Position numbers and translations under genes: made by a program. Shown here in pieces: positions 1 to 13,503 of a stretch of DNA of 64,000 bases. Each line of letters opens with the position of its first letter. Within the stretch, counting starts at the first letter, position 1. The stretch lies in NCBI GenBank assembly GCA_013239625.1, contig MU053504.1, positions 2,302,607 to 2,366,606 of the forward strand, given 5' to 3'. Source of the stretch: Lama guanicoe (Eukaryota). A model generated the notes under the pieces. It was not told the DNA's origin and ran no database searches. It was given only the letters and a program-made list of their open reading frames with translations.

Positions 1-540
1 CTCCGCGTCCCTCCCGGCCTGGGGCCACTGTCCCAGCGCTCCCAGCTCCCAGTCTCAAAGCGCCGGGAGTGTGAGTGGGGAGGCTGGCGCGGGCCCACGG
101 TTTCCTCAGCATCCCGAACCCGGACCCGCCCGGCTCCCTAAGCGCCAGCCCGGGGACGACGGCCCTCGGCGACCCCGCCCTCGTTCGCTCACTTACTCGG
201 TCGTGCCGGCGGCGGCGGTGGCGAGCGTGGCAGGACCGTCAGCGCCGGGCGGAGGGCGGCGAGCTGCAGGAGTCTGTCGGGACCCAGCGCAGCTGAGGTG
301 GCAACAGCCGACTGCGCGCGGCGGCCCCCGGCGAGGGGCGGGCCCGGCGGGGGAGGGGCGGGCGCCGCGCCTCTCATTCAACAGCGGGGGCGGGGTGAGG
401 GACCCGGATGCCCGGGCAGCCCCCGCCCCCCTCGCTGAGCCCTCCCTGGCTTCAGAGTCTGGAGTGCGCAGGCGCAGCGCTCAGATACCCGCCCCGCCCC
501 GCCCCTCCCACTGAGGTTGTGCCACGAGAGGAGCTGGTGC
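1..540 (-). promoter_or_regulatory. CpG island promoter (continues beyond left edge)
   Basis: Very GC- and CpG-rich versus the CpG-depleted remainder; clustered GC boxes (e.g. GGGGCGGGG ~387-395, CCCGCCCCGCCCCGCCCC ~488-505); NRF1-like TGCGCAGGCGCA at 465-476. Confidence 0.9.
197..330 (-). other. Probable non-coding first exon of an unidentified minus-strand gene (5' limit approximate)
   Basis: Minus strand reads ...GGCACGACCGA|GTAAGTGAG, a consensus donor (GTAAGT = plus 191-196), downstream of the GC boxes; no ATG on the minus strand in 197-330. Confidence 0.6.
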
Positions 541-3213
541 GGATGGATCTTATCTCTTTTGTGTTTAGTGTTTTTTCGTGTCCTGTAAGCATTTTTAAAG
601 TGAAAGCTTGAAATGCCACTTCCTTACTAGCATCCAACCTGCTAGCATGCCGGGGACACAGGAGTGGCATCAATCTGTTGGGGAAAATGTGCACACAGCC
701 CTCTTCCTCTGTCTGTTTCATTTGCAGCAGGTCTCAGACCTCTGAGACCCAGAATCTAATCAGATAGTGGAGAGAAGTGTGTGCAATAAAGAGTGCATTA
801 CTTTAGCTGCACTGACCTAGTCTCTTCAGACCCAAGTTCGCATTCCACAAGGCAGGCAAGAAACTGACCTTTGTTTTAGGGGGACTTAGCTCTTCCCGTA
901 ATACCAGGGCCTAGGGTTTATCTAATGCAGCTCCAAGGATCAGGGGAGGCCTCTTGTCTTTGGCAGGCAGTGTGTTCAGCGGAGACACCCTCCTGTTCCC
1001 AACCCCTTGGCTCTGCCACTCCTGGGCCACAGAAGTCTTTGGCATTGCTGGAAGTCTGCAGTCAGCAGGTCTCACAGTCATCAACTCTTCAGTGTGTGGG
1101 CACTGGAGCTTGGGGAAATTACAGAGATGATTGTCCACCTTTCCTCAGTCCCTAAGTCCCCCATCCTACCTTCCTTCCCCTACCCTCCAGGCCCCCTCAC
1201 TTAAACTATGAACAGCTCAGGTGCTTAACTTTGGGAAGCAAAGGTCTTTGTGGAAAGTGCCTGAGGGCAAGTTCCTTCTGCTTTGGCAAACAATAAACCT
1301 CCAACAGGTTGGGGAAGGGAGGCATGTGGAGGGATAAAGACAGAAACCTCAGTGAACATCTCAAGAAGTTACCCAGTGGTGGCAGCCTCCCAAAGTGAAA
1401 GCTAGGTAGAGGCATGTGCTAGGTAGAGCATGACAAAAGAAAGTCTGTCAACACCTAACCCTCGCCCCTGCCATTGAAGCCAAGAACTCGGGGATCCTTT
1501 TCCTTTCTCTCCCTTCCTTGCTAGCTCAATTAGAGCAGTTATCAGGAGGGCCTTCTCAACTCTAGTTTGCTGATACTTCTCACTCTGTCTAAATTAGGCC
1601 TCCTCATCCCTCTCCAGACCTATTGCTGGATTCTCATGCAAATCAATTCTCATGATATGCAGATCGGCCCACGTTACAGTCTTTTTCTCTCTCCCTGCCC
1701 CAGAGGCACTTTAGCCCTATTTTCCAGCCATTTCCAGAGCAGGTGTTTCATCTTTGATGTGTTTCTGATGTCCCCTCTTCTCTGCTCATATCTAGCTATC
1801 TGCCTGCTCTAATGTAAGGACATAAGGAGTAATGGCCATGTTCAGTTGCTATTTTCAGGGAGATCCATCGTATTAAAATTTTGTTGAGGCATCAGCTAGC
1901 CCAAGTGACCTTTGGAGTCAGGGAGAAAGTCTCCCAATAGACCTGGCCACAGTTTTACACCATACTTAAGGGAGAATCCTGCCTTTCTGTCCCTAGTGGT
2001 GAATTGTTCCTTGTCCCCTTTGAGGAATAAGTCAGAGTTTTGGTCTCCTTGGTGTCTTCAACTGGCTAAGCTGTCTAGTGATACAGAAGATTCTATTCCC
2101 CTCTGACCACTCCCAACCACCGCCCTACTTCTCTAGGCAAAATGCATATAGGGGTGTGTTATGGGTGCACTAAAGTGGGTCTGGGCAGTTTAGGTGGGTA
2201 CCCCAAAACTAGCAGCATCGAGAACTTGAGGTAGTGGCTTTCTCAGCTCACATGTTCCCTTGTTCCAGGGGTAGTGGCTTCACTGTTGGGGGCTTCAGAG
2301 GATGCCCCTCTTTCTATCTCTCCTCCCTCTAGTCCTTTTGCATCCTTTTCCTACATTATACTTCGTTTAAAACATTTTTCTCACCCTCAACCCATTTCTC
2401 AGAAAACTCTGCCCCTACCATGATGGTCCGAAGTCCTTCTAACTCCTCTACCTTCCGGAAAAGAAATGATATCTAATTTTAAATTAAATGTTTGTGACTC
2501 ATTTTGGAATGGCAGCTTTTCAGATAGTAAGTGTAGTGGGAGCAGGAGCTGGTTTTAGTCATCTTGGATCTGGTGTTCAATGCAAGTTTGTTGAATGATT
2601 GCCTGACTGGTAAAGGGAAAAATCAGTCTTTCAAATAGAAGCTAGAAATCTGAAGGTTGTGCACAGTCTGACCCTTTGCCTGTCTTCCACATCTAGTGGG
2701 GCCAGTCCATCTGTTGAGTGGTGGGTACTATCTCAGAAAAACATCCCTCATATTGACCAATCACTTAGCAGCTTAATTATCTAGAGCTCTGAATGGGAGT
2801 CCCACCATTTCTGTGAGAGCCTGAGGGGTGCTCTTGTGCTCCCTGAGCCCCTTTGTCAGATAATTTCAGAGCCTCCTGTTGGGGTTCTTCCTGCTAAGAG
2901 CCCTCCCAGTGATTCTCAGATCCTCACAGCCCATGTGGACCTCCAGCTGGGGTGTGATCCTGCCCACAGTGGCGTGGAATTGCTTGTCAATGCAGGTTAT
3001 GGATGCGTGATTGTGAGACAGTGGGAACAGGGGAGGAAATGTAGTTCCAATGTGCATAGTAGCTTCAGGTCAGGCTGTGTGTCCACTCTTGGATGTGGGA
3101 TTCTGGAGTCAAGGATTCTGTTTCTTCAGCCACCAACAAACTCCGTTTCCTTTCTGGCACATGCAGGCCCAAACACTCAAACAGAACTCAGAGCTTCTAA
3201 AAATATAAATATG

Positions 3214-4780
3214 GGACAATTGGGAGTGGCCAAGATGACAGAGTAGGAAGACCCTGAGTTCACCTCCTTCTATAGGCACATCAAAACTATAGCTGTTTAC
3301 AGAGAAACTATTGATGAGATAAATTGGAACACTAGCAGAAAAGATCTTCTACAACTAAAGATAGGAAGAAGGAATCACAATGAGACAGGTAGGAGGGATG
3401 GAGACACAGTATAGTCAAGACTCATACCTCCAGGTGAGTGACTCACAAATGGGAAGATAATTACCCTTGTAGAGGTTCTTCCCAAGGAGTGAGGGATCTG
3501 AGCCCCGCATCGGGATTCCCCGCCTGGGGGTCCTGCACCATGAAGACTAACCCGAGAACATTTGGCTTTGAAGGCCAGAGGAGCTTACTTTCAGGAGGCC
3601 CAGCGGGCTATGGGAAATCCACTCTTAAAGGGCATACACAAAATCTCACATGCTCAGGGACCCAGGGCAGAAGCAGTAATTTGAAAGGAGCCTGAGTAAA
3701 CCCACTTGCTGATCTTGGAGAGCTTCCTAGAGAGGCAGGAGGCAACTGGAGCTCACGCTGGGTACATAAACACTGGCAGCAGCCATTTTGGGGAGCTCAT
3801 CCTACCACAAGGACACTGGTGCTGGCAAGTGCCATTTTGGAATCTTCTTTCTAGATTATTAGCACCTGGATCCAGCCTTGTCCACAGAGGTACTGGGAAG
3901 CCTCAGGCCAAGCAGTCAGTCAGGTAGGGACACAGCTCCACCCACCAGCAGGCCTGGTGCCTTAAGACCCCTTGAGCCCAAAACTCCCCCAGAGAACCCA
4001 GGATTCAGTCCCACACACAGTGCACCAGCACTAGCCATGGGACTTCTGGAGCTCCACTGCCAGCCACTGGGTCCTGGCTCTGTCTACCAGCTGGTTGACA
4101 CCAACTCCAGGACCCCCAGGGCCCTGCAGGTTGAGGAGACCCCAGGACTATCAACAGGCTGACACCAGCACTGGGACCCCCTGAGGCCCAGCCACACCAA
4201 CCAGCAGGCTGACATCAGCTCCGAGACACCTTGGAACAAGCCAGCTATCCTGGGATTCAGCCTCACTGACCAGTGAATCAACACCAGCGGTGAGATACCC
4301 TGGACCCCCACAGCCAGCCATGCCAGGAATGGTCACTGCCCACCAGCAGGCCAACCGTGGTAGGACAATTATACTCCAAAACAGACAGACAAACCATGGA
4401 AAAAGAGATTAGATTTGTGGTTACTGCAGGTGGGGCTTGGGAGAGGGGACATTGGATGAAGGAATTTAAAAGTTACTAACTTCCCCTTATAAGCTAAAGA
4501 AGTACGGGGGATGTAGTATACAACACGATAAAAATAAATAACTCTGCTCTATGTTATTAATGAAAGTTGTTAAAAAAGTAAATCTAAGCATTCTCATCAC
4601 AAGGAAAAAACATTTTAAAATGTCTTTAATTTTGTATCTGTATTAGATGGATGTTCACTAAACTTACTGTAGTAATCAGTTCATGATAGAGGTAGTCAAA
4701 TCATGCTGTACACTTTAAACTTATGCCTTATGCATTGCTTTATGTCAATTATATCTCAGTAAAACTGTGAGAAAACAAAA
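3214..4780 (+). mobile_element. Old L1: 5' UTR joined directly to 3' end (ORFs absent)
   Basis: L1 5'-end motif GGCCAAGATG.CAGAGTAGGAAGACCCTGAG, internally repetitive 5' UTR to ~4355, then L1 3' UTR ending TATGTCAATTATATCTCAGTAAAACTG + A-rich tail; flanking repeats 3198-3213 and 4781-4796 (14/16 identical). Confidence 0.75.
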
Positions 4781-4919
4781 TAAAAACATAAATGTGCTCA
4801 GGATCTCTGGTGGGAGCTTCCTAGCTGAGACCAGTTGCAGACAGAGAAAATGGAGCCACTATTTCCCAGGGATGGTGTAGTCTGCTCAGACTTGCTTTTG
4901 GGTTGGAGGATGATGCCTT

Positions 4920-5200
4920 TCTTGGTACAGATCTCCCAAGAGCAGACCCTGAGATAAGGGCTAGGATGCAGGTAATTTACTTCGGAAGTGATCCCAAGAA
5001 ATAGAAGTGAAGAAATGGGGAAAACAAGGAGAGGAGAGGAGTCAATACCAATGTGTGTTGATGGGCCAGTTACTGCCATGAGCAACTGGGGCTCCATCCT
5101 GCTGGGAACCCACTGAGAAACTTTGTGGAACAGCCTCAATACTGTCTTCCCCAATGATGAGGAAGTTGGAGTAAATTTATCCACTGACTTCCATCCCCCC
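4920..5200. mobile_element. MaLR LTR fragment (MLT1-type)
   Basis: AGCAGACCCTGAGATAAGG...GGAAGTGATCCCAAGAA motif typical of old MLT1 LTRs. Confidence 0.6.
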
Positions 5201-6559
5201 TCTGCTTATAGACCAAGATCAGGGAATCAGTTTATGTCTGCATAGCAAGGTGAGCTGCATGGCTCAGCAACTCCTGCCCCTACCGCTACCCCCACAATTA
5301 GAACGGCAGCGTCACCGCAATTCCTGACCCTCCTGAGTTCTCCCACCCCATTGTGTCACTACCTTTTCTCTCTGCTGGCTTCTTAGGTCTGAGTTTGAAA
5401 GAGGAAGTGAAGTAGGATAATATCTTTGCCTACTCATTCTAGGAAAAAGGAACTACAGTGGTTTACATTCGCCTCCATTTCAACCTACCCAGTCTACCCA
5501 ACTGAGTCTCAACCACCATCACCTCATCCCAAAACAAGGGACAGGAAAAGAGGAAGGAAAAAGAGCAGACAGGTTCTCTGGAATGAATTCTGTCATCAGA
5601 GTCATAGAATCAGAGCTAAAAGGGAGGAGCTCTCACATTAGAAAGATGACAGTATCTTTTGCTTCTCCCACTACTGCAGCACCTCCTCTAGGCAGGCTTC
5701 CCTGATTTATCTTTCTATCCTTCCAAACTACAGGATCATAATTGGGGCTCAGCCCTTTATGCCCTTAGAGGCAGACTAAGGCTATGCCTGGGGAAGACAC
5801 TTGAACTCTGTAGGGGGTGGGTATCCTCCATGGGGAGACATAGCTTCTATTGCAGGCCTCTGGCTCCCTTACCTGAAGTTCTCATTCACCTGTCTGTCAT
5901 CCACAGGATGAATTGAACCCACACATCTACTTTAGTTCCCTCCTGAAACCCACTACAACTACTATAAAGGGATTCTTTTTTAAAAAGATGGAAACTTATG
6001 AGGACAATGAGAACAGCAGAAGAAACATGAAAAAAAAGAATTTTGGAAGCTGGAAAGTAGACGAATGAGTGATAATTGATTTAGCAGTCCTAAGAAAGCT
6101 GACACCAGGGAAAGCTAAGAACAGCCCTGCTTTCATGGCAAAATCCCGGAGGGAAAGCAAAAAAAAAAAAAGAAAGAAAGAAAAGAAAAAAGAAATTGGC
6201 ACTTTTTGATACCTCTGGAACTGAGTAAGCCAAAAATCAGAAGAACTGGGTGAAAGGTAATTGGGAAGCAGTTACAGTCCTAATTCCCTTCTCCCACTCT
6301 GCAAGCTCAGGGCACTCTCCCACCAGGCAGAGGCCTGGAGACTTATTCGCTGGAGAGGGTAAAACAGAGGGTCTCGGGACTGGGGGCAAATCACTGTCAG
6401 CCACTTTCTACCCCTCTTCTCTGGAACCCTGACCAGCCAAAAAGGAAAGAACTAAGGATACCAGCCTTGACATTTCCAATAAATGACCACCCTTGTCTCC
6501 CAACAGTGAATCTCTGAGTAGACAAGCCTGACTCCTGCACTTAGGGCTAGACTTTACTC

Positions 6560-6740
6560 TTTTTTTCTCTTTGTAAGTAGTCTTTTTTAAAATTTTGTTT
6601 TTGTTATTTACTTATTTATTTTGGGGGGAGGTAATGAGGTTTATTTATTTATCTGTTTTTTTAGAGGAGGTACTGGGGATTGAACCTAAGACCTTGTGCA
6701 TGCTAAGCATGAGCTCTAGCACTTGAGCTATATCCTCCCA
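6560..6740 (-). mobile_element. tRNA-Ala-derived SINE (Vic-1-like)
   Basis: Reverse complement of GGGAGGATATAGCTCAAGTG...CTTAGCATGCAC...GGTTCAATCCCCAGTACCTCC plus AT-rich tail. Confidence 0.9.
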
Positions 6741-6759
6741 CCTCAGGCCTTTGCTCTTA

Positions 6760-7175
6760 ATCTTAGGTTCCCTAGAAACAGAGGCTGAGCTGAGGATTCA
6801 GATGCACATGATTTATTGAGGGTGGCTGCCTGGAGAAGCCTCCTTCCTCTCTCCTTTCCACCACCTCCATCCCCAGAAGCAGCTGGGAAGGAGATGAGCA
6901 AGGATGTGGTCTTCACTAGAGTATAGCCTTGTCAGATCCCACAGGGAGCCCTGAAGTGTAATTGCATCACAGAGTTGATCTCACCTTGAAGCAAGAAACC
7001 TATTTCATACCCACGTATTAATCAGTCATTGGCTGCGGGCTGCCAGGGAAGAGGCCATAACCTTCCAGGAAAGACAGCTTCTGGCTGAGGACAATTCTCT
7101 AGAGAAGGGGAGAGTTGTGATCCATTAACAGCCAACATTCACGGGGGTATGGGCAGGACACTAATAATATCCATT
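6760..7175. mobile_element. MaLR LTR (MLT1K-like)
   Basis: TCTTAGGTTCCCTAGAAACAGAGGCTGAG...GATTTATTGAGGG...GCTGAGGACAATTCTC pattern; related copy at ~34110-34510. Confidence 0.65.
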
Positions 7176-8759
7176 GCAGAATATCAGATATCTGAGGGAA
7201 ACTAACATGGAAGACAGAAAACAAATAATAAAATCAAAACAAACAAGCAAACTAACAATCAAAATAAGCAGAAAAAAAGCAAGCTGGAAGAAAGCAAGAT
7301 TTACTCTCAAGAATAAGAGGATGTTACACCCATGGAACAAGAATAAGGTGCTATTTTAAAAAGTAGGAGACAAAAATAAGCTTTTAAAACAAACAAGCAA
7401 ACAAACATGACAACAGAAATGAAAAACTCAATAGATGGTTTGGGAAACAAAGTCTAGGTTTGTCTCCCAGAAAAATAAATCCAAAACACAAAACAAAGAA
7501 ATTTAGGAAAGAAAAGAAGGACAGAGGAGTAGTAGTGTAGAAGGCGTAATATCTGAATAACAGGCATTTCAGAAGAAGGGGGGAAGAAATTATTAATGAG
7601 ATAATTCAAGAAAAACCATTTATGAAAAACCATAAATTTCCAGTTTGAAAGGGCCTACCATGTACCTTGTTCAATGGGTAAAAACAGTCCAGCCAAGCCA
7701 CATACTTGTGAAATTTCAGAACCTTGGAGACAAAGAGCAGATTCCACAAATTTGGATAAAGAAAAAGTCATACACGAAGTCTCAAGAATCAGAGTGGCTT
7801 CAGACTTCTCTTCACTGGAACTGTTCCAACAACACTGGAAGGTAGAATACTAGAGTAATATCTTCAAAATTCTTCTTAAAAAAAAAAGATTTTCAATGCA
7901 GAATTCTATTACAAGCCAAACTATATCAATCAAGAAACAAGTAAAATAAAGACATATGCATAATCTCTTGCTCATGCTTTCTTTTCTAGGAAATAATTGA
8001 AGGATGTGTTCTACCAAACTGAGGGAGTAGACCAAAAAGAAGGACAGGATACAGGCAGCAGGGGATCCAACACAGTGGGGAGGTATGGGAATCCCCATAA
8101 GTGTGATATTAGATGAACCTAGGAGGACTGGAGCCGAGAGACTTGAGACACTGATATGTTAAGGACTGTTGTCACCAAGATGACATTGCCCTTGTGCCAT
8201 CTTTAGAATAAGTTTTTCTTAGAGGCATAGACTTTTGAGGTAAATTGGCTAAGTGACAGAGACCCCACTTATTGTTGGAAAGAGCACTAGACTAACACTG
8301 TTGAGGCTTCACAGGCAGTCCCAGCTTTGTCTTGAAGTAGCTGTGGAACCTGGGAAAGCCTCTTTCCCTCCCTGGACCTCAGAATCATCCACTGTAAGTG
8401 TCAGGTATGGACTATGTGATTCCATGTGTCTTTAAGGCTAGTTGTGCCTTTGCGAAATTTATTCTTCATAGTATTTAGTTATGTGGGTTTTAAAAAACGC
8501 ACAGAGCCATGTAACCACCTCCATAATCATGCTACAGGACAATTCCATCACCCTAAAAAAATGTTCTCATACTACTCTTCTGTTGTCAACCCCCTTAACC
8601 CCTTGAAACCACTGATCTATTCCCCAACCTTATAGTTCTACCTTTTCTGGAATGTCGTATAAATGGAATCATACAGTGTGAAGTCTTTTGAATCTGGCTT
8701 CCTTTATTTAACACAATTCATTTGGTTTGCTATACTGACCAGCATTTACTACTGATCTT

Positions 8760-9235
8760 GTTTTCAGTTCTCCCCCAAAGTAGACTCAGACAAGAATTCA
8801 AATGCAAGTAATTGGTGTGGAAGTGATTCCCAGGAAGTACCAGTTAGATCAATGTAGACGTGATATAGGGAAGGGAAGGAAGCTGAAATAAGGTGTGTTT
8901 TTCAAGTGAGGTATCACTGTGGGCAACAAGCTCTGTCGTCTTGGAACTTTGGGATACAGGGCAGAACACAAACCTCTGAGATGTCTGGCCCAAGGGGTGA
9001 ACAGCTGGGCTATCTATCCATCAACAGCTTGTTCATCACTGGTTGAGAGTTGCTTCTGGGGGCCTTAACTCTCCAGCATTTCTGGCTGGCTGGCCTGATA
9101 CATGGACCAAGCATGTTCCTGTGGCCAGAAAAAAAAACAAGCCTCAGGCAGAATACAGGCAATTACAAGTATTCATAGTACAGCATTTGGTATGCAGAGG
9201 TGAGTGCCAAGGGAGATGTATGGGGTACTGGCAGC
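8760..9235. mobile_element. MaLR LTR (old MLT1)
   Basis: CAAAGTAGACTCAGACAAGAATTCAAATGCAAGTAATT...GAAGTGATTCCCAGGAAG motif. Confidence 0.6.
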
Positions 9236-10439
9236 ATCAGCTATACCCTGCCCCCTCCAGTGAGAGACTAAAACCCTCATATACCACAAATCAACTTCAG
9301 AGAGGGAGCACTGGGGGATTCTGATATAGGGGCCTGAGAGGACAGTCAGGACAATGAACTCAGGGTCCCACTGAAAGAATTCTAAGAATTGGAGAGTAGG
9401 AAGAGTAGGAGAGTAGGAAGAGGTAAAACTCAGAGGTAAGGCTGCCCTGCCTGAGGACTGATGGAGACCACCACCCAAGGGCTATGCTCCCAGTGCTGAA
9501 TCTCACCCACGTCACCTACCCCGTGCTCCATTAGAATCAATCCCCTGATGTGAGCAGTACGGCCTTTTCTCTAGACAGTTGGTAAAACTGGCTTTTTATT
9601 ACTTACTCAGAACCCTTACCTCTCTTCTTTTAGCAAATTATTGGTGTCATGGATGTGAATCTCAGCAGAAAAATGCAGCTATGCAAGAAATATCTTTCAA
9701 TTTTCACAATCTAAATTGAACTCAGTTTCCATTGTGAGCTTCATTTTGTGGTGGTGTCACCTTAATCTCAGTCAGTTGTTGCCCAAGTTTCCAGGATGCT
9801 TTCAGAAATCCAAAGCATTGGCAAATGGCTTCTGGTCTGTGTCATCACTGTCCACATAAGCATCACACAAGATGTACTCTTTCAACCTTGTCTTTGCTAC
9901 TCATTTCACCCAAGCCCTTGCTGGCCTAACCCTCATCCTTGACTGTATGATTCCTTGGGGCCTGACTGTGTCTCAGCCAACTCCTGTGCTCCTCCTGATT
10001 CACAGGATATTCTAAGCTTCTGTGTTGGGCCAAAGATGACTCAGTGAATTACCTAGGACTCTGGATTTTCTGGGCTGTTCAAAAATGTATGCAACTCATG
10101 CTGTTACTTCCAGACTTTGCTAGTTCTTGGGAGCCCCAAAAGGGCTGGCTCAGCCTGCCATGTACACACAGCCAACTCTACTGGGAGGCCTTACTGCCAC
10201 CCTGAGCTCTACCAGGGTTCTCTCTGCACTCAGATTTCCTACACTCATCTGGGTTTCACTGAGGAAAGAAGGCAAGATATAGAGCTCCTTTTCTCAGACA
10301 GCGTCCATCACGTAAGTTTGCTCACTACTCAGTTTGGGGATTTATTCTAGTGTATGTGTGGGTGGGTTAATGTTTGCTCTCAAATCAAATGCATTCTCTC
10401 AAACATGTCCACACATACATTGGTCTAGGTTTCTTTCTA

Positions 10440-12410
10440 GTGGACTTTCTTTTTATTATGAGATAATTGTAGGTTCACATGCAGTTGTAAGTAATAATAC
10501 AAAAAGATCCTGTATCCTTCCTCTGTCTTCCCCTAGTGATAATATATTGCATAACTATAGCCCAAAAGCAGAGCCAGGAAATTAACGCTGATACAATATA
10601 CCAGTCTTACTCAGTTTTATGTTTATAAGTATTTGCGAGTGTGTACTTAGTTTTGTGCAGTTTATCACAGATGTAGATTCCTGTAATCACTGCCACACTT
10701 GAGATACAGAGCAGTTTGATTACAAGGCTCCCTTGTGCTGCCTTTTCATAGTCACACCCACATTCCTCCCACCTTACCCGCAACTGCTGTCTGTGACTCT
10801 TGGCAACTACTAGCAGATTCTCCATCTGTATAATTTTGTCATTTCAAGCATATTATATATATAAATTGACACAACATTGTAAACTGACTGTCTTCAATTT
10901 AAAAAAAGAATATTATATAAATGGAATCATACAATATGTAACCTTTGAGGTTTATTTCCACTGCATATTCCGTAGAGATTCATCCAAGTTGTGTGTATCA
11001 ATAGTTCATTCTCTTTTACTGCTGAGTAGTGTTCCATGGCATGGGTGTTCCCCGGTTTAACAATTCGCCCATTGAAGGACCTTGGAATTGTTTCCAGCTT
11101 TGACTATTATGAGTAGTCAAAACAATACAATGGTGATGAACTTTCGTGTACAGGTTTTTGTGTGAATATCTTACCTCTGGGATAAATGCCCAAGAGTGCA
11201 ATTGCTGAGTCATATGGAAATTGCCAAATTGTTTTTCAGAGTAGCTGTACTGTATTGTATTCCCACCAGCAATATATGAGGGATTCAGATTCTCTACATT
11301 CTTGTCAGCACTTGGTGCTGTCACAGCTTTTCATTTTAGCCATTCTGGTAGGTGTGTAGTGCTATCTCATTGTCGTTTAACTTTGCATTTTCCTAGTGGC
11401 TAATGGTATTGAATTTTTATTTTCATTTACTTATTTGCCATCAGTTTATCTTCTTTGGTGATATGTTTGGGCATATCTTTTTGTCACATTCTAATTGGAT
11501 TTTGTGAGGGTTTTCTTTGTTTTTGTTCCTTTTTTTTTTTACTGTTGAGTTTTGAGAGCTCTTTATATATTTTACATCCCAGTCTTTTGTTGGACATGTG
11601 GTTTGGAAGTATTTTCTCCCAGTCTGTGGCTTTTCTTTTTGTCCTCTTAAAGGGTCGTTCACAGAGCAAAAGTTTTCAATTTTGATAAAGTCCAGTTTAT
11701 CAAAATTTTCTTTTATGAACTGTGCTTTTGATGTCAAATTTAAGAACTCTTTATCTAGGCTTAGCTCCTGAAATTCTTCTTTTAAGTTTTTTTCTAAAAT
11801 TTTATATTTTACATTTAAGTCCATGACTCATTTTGCGTTAACTTTTGTATTAGATGTGATATTTAGGTTGAAGTTTTTTTTTTTTTAATTTGTTTTCTTT
11901 TGTTTTTGCCTTTGGATGTCCGGTTGTTCCAGCACCATGTGTTGAAAGGGCTATCCTCCTATGGACTTGCTTTTGCACCTTTGTAAGAAATCAGTTGGGC
12001 ATATTTGTGTGTGATGTATTTCTGGGTTTTCTATTCTGTTACATTAATCGATGTGTCTATCCTTTTGTCATATTATGTACATATGACTTCAATTATTTTA
12101 AGTTAGTTGAGGTTTGTTTTAAGGCCCAGGATATGGTTTATATTGGTGAACATTCTATGACTTCTTGAAAAGACTGTGTGTTCTGCTATCGCTGGTTGCA
12201 GTGTTCTTCATGTGCCAATTATATCCTTTCAGTTGATGGTATTGTTGAGTTTTTCTACATCCTTATTGATTTTCTAATGATTTTATCATTTGCTGAGAAT
12301 GGAGTTGAGGTCTCCACTTGGAATTGTGGATTTGTTTATTTCTCCTTTCAACTCTATCAGCTTTTGAACCATATATTTTGAGACTCTTTTTGGCAGGTAC
12401 ACAGTTAGGA
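10440..12410 (-). mobile_element. Old L1 (3' UTR and ORF2 fragments)
   Basis: Minus ORFs 11441-11824 (DLNVKYKILEKNL...DKLDFIKIENFCS) and 11016-11324 are decayed L1 ORF2p C-terminal sequence; T-rich plus strand. Confidence 0.9.
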
Positions 12411-12419
12411 TCCTAGCGC

Positions 12420-12850
12420 TTTGTGGCTAGTTTCTACATCTCTTTGCCCAAGGACTTTGTCCAAAGCATGAAGTTTCTGGTCTCTGAGCTGGCCAGAGAC
12501 CAGAACACCCTCCTACCACACAGCCCTCCACAGCACTTAACCAATGACTGAGAGGAGTAGGTGCCTAAACATACCAGTTCCCTTGCCACTCTGACAAGGA
12601 TTGGGGGGTGGGGGAGGGATAACCCTGGGGCATGTTCTACATTCTACACTAGCTCCCAGAGTTCTTCTGTGGGATTAAGCCCTAGCTGCCTGTACTGGTA
12701 GCTTACTGATAATGTACCTTTATTGGCTGCCTCCCCTTCCTTGTCTCACTTCTCCACTCTCCTATTATGTTTCCTGGCATCACCTCTCAGTTAACTTACT
12801 TGTATCTAATTCCTTGTCTGAAAGTCTGCTTATGGGAGACCCTCAAGTAA
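12420..12850. mobile_element. MaLR LTR (MLT1J-like)
   Basis: Ends ...TTTCCTGGCATCACCTCTCAGTTAACTTACTTGTATCTAATTCCTTGTCTGAAAGTCTGCTTATGGGAGACCC; related to 4920-5200 in opposite orientation. Confidence 0.6.
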
Positions 12851-13007
12851 CACAGTGGCTGAAGGGCATCATTATCCTTCAGTCACAGACAGATTGCAAC
12901 TAGCAATGAGCAAAGGCATTAAGCATGGGCAGTACCAAACATGGCTGCCACGAACATCTACTCGGGTGGTGCACTGTACAATTACTGGAGTTTCACAAAC
13001 TGATGCC

Positions 13008-13503
13008 TGTATTAGTTTCCTATTGCTGCTATAACAAAGTAGCTTAAAATAACACTAATTTGTTATCATAGAATTCTGGAGGTCAGAAGTCCAGAATGTG
13101 TTTCACTGCACTAAAATCAAGGCATTGGCAGCTGTGATCCTTTCAGAGGCTCTGTCTAGGAGAGGATACGTTTCCTTGCCTTTTTTAGCTTCTTGAGGCT
13201 TTGTGTGTTCTTGACTTGTAAACCCTTCCTCCATCTTCAAAGTCATCAGTGTTAACACCTTAAAGTTTCTTTCTCTTTCTCTCCTCTGTTTCTACCATCA
13301 CATCTCCTTCTCTGACTCTCCTGCCTCCCTCTTTCCTTTATGAGGACCCTGTGATTACACTGGACCAACCTTAATAATCCAGGGTAATCCTTCCATCTCA
13401 AGATCCTGAATTTAATTACATCACAAAGACCCTTATATCATATAAGGTAACAGGTTCTGGGGATTAGGATGTAGACCTTGGGGGGCCTTTATTCTGCTTA
13501 CCA
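13008..13503. mobile_element. MaLR LTR (MLT1B/C-like)
   Basis: TGTATTAGTTTCCTATTGCTGCTATAACAAA...TTCTGGAGGTCAGAAGTCC...GGGGATTAGGATGT...ATTCTGCTTACCA. Confidence 0.8.

Larger units (their letters stand above)
5900..8100 (+). mobile_element. Degenerate HAL1/L1 ORF1-bearing element, interrupted by a SINE and an MLT1 LTR
   Basis: ORF 7645-7845 contains PSHILVKFQNLGDKEQI, resembling L1 ORF1p; A-rich plus strand with many stops and frameshifts. Confidence 0.65.

Noticed and set aside
71..721. ORFs of 62-147 aa over the CpG island
   Set aside because: Pro/Gly/Ala/Arg-rich products expected from stop-poor GC-rich DNA; no recognisable domain.
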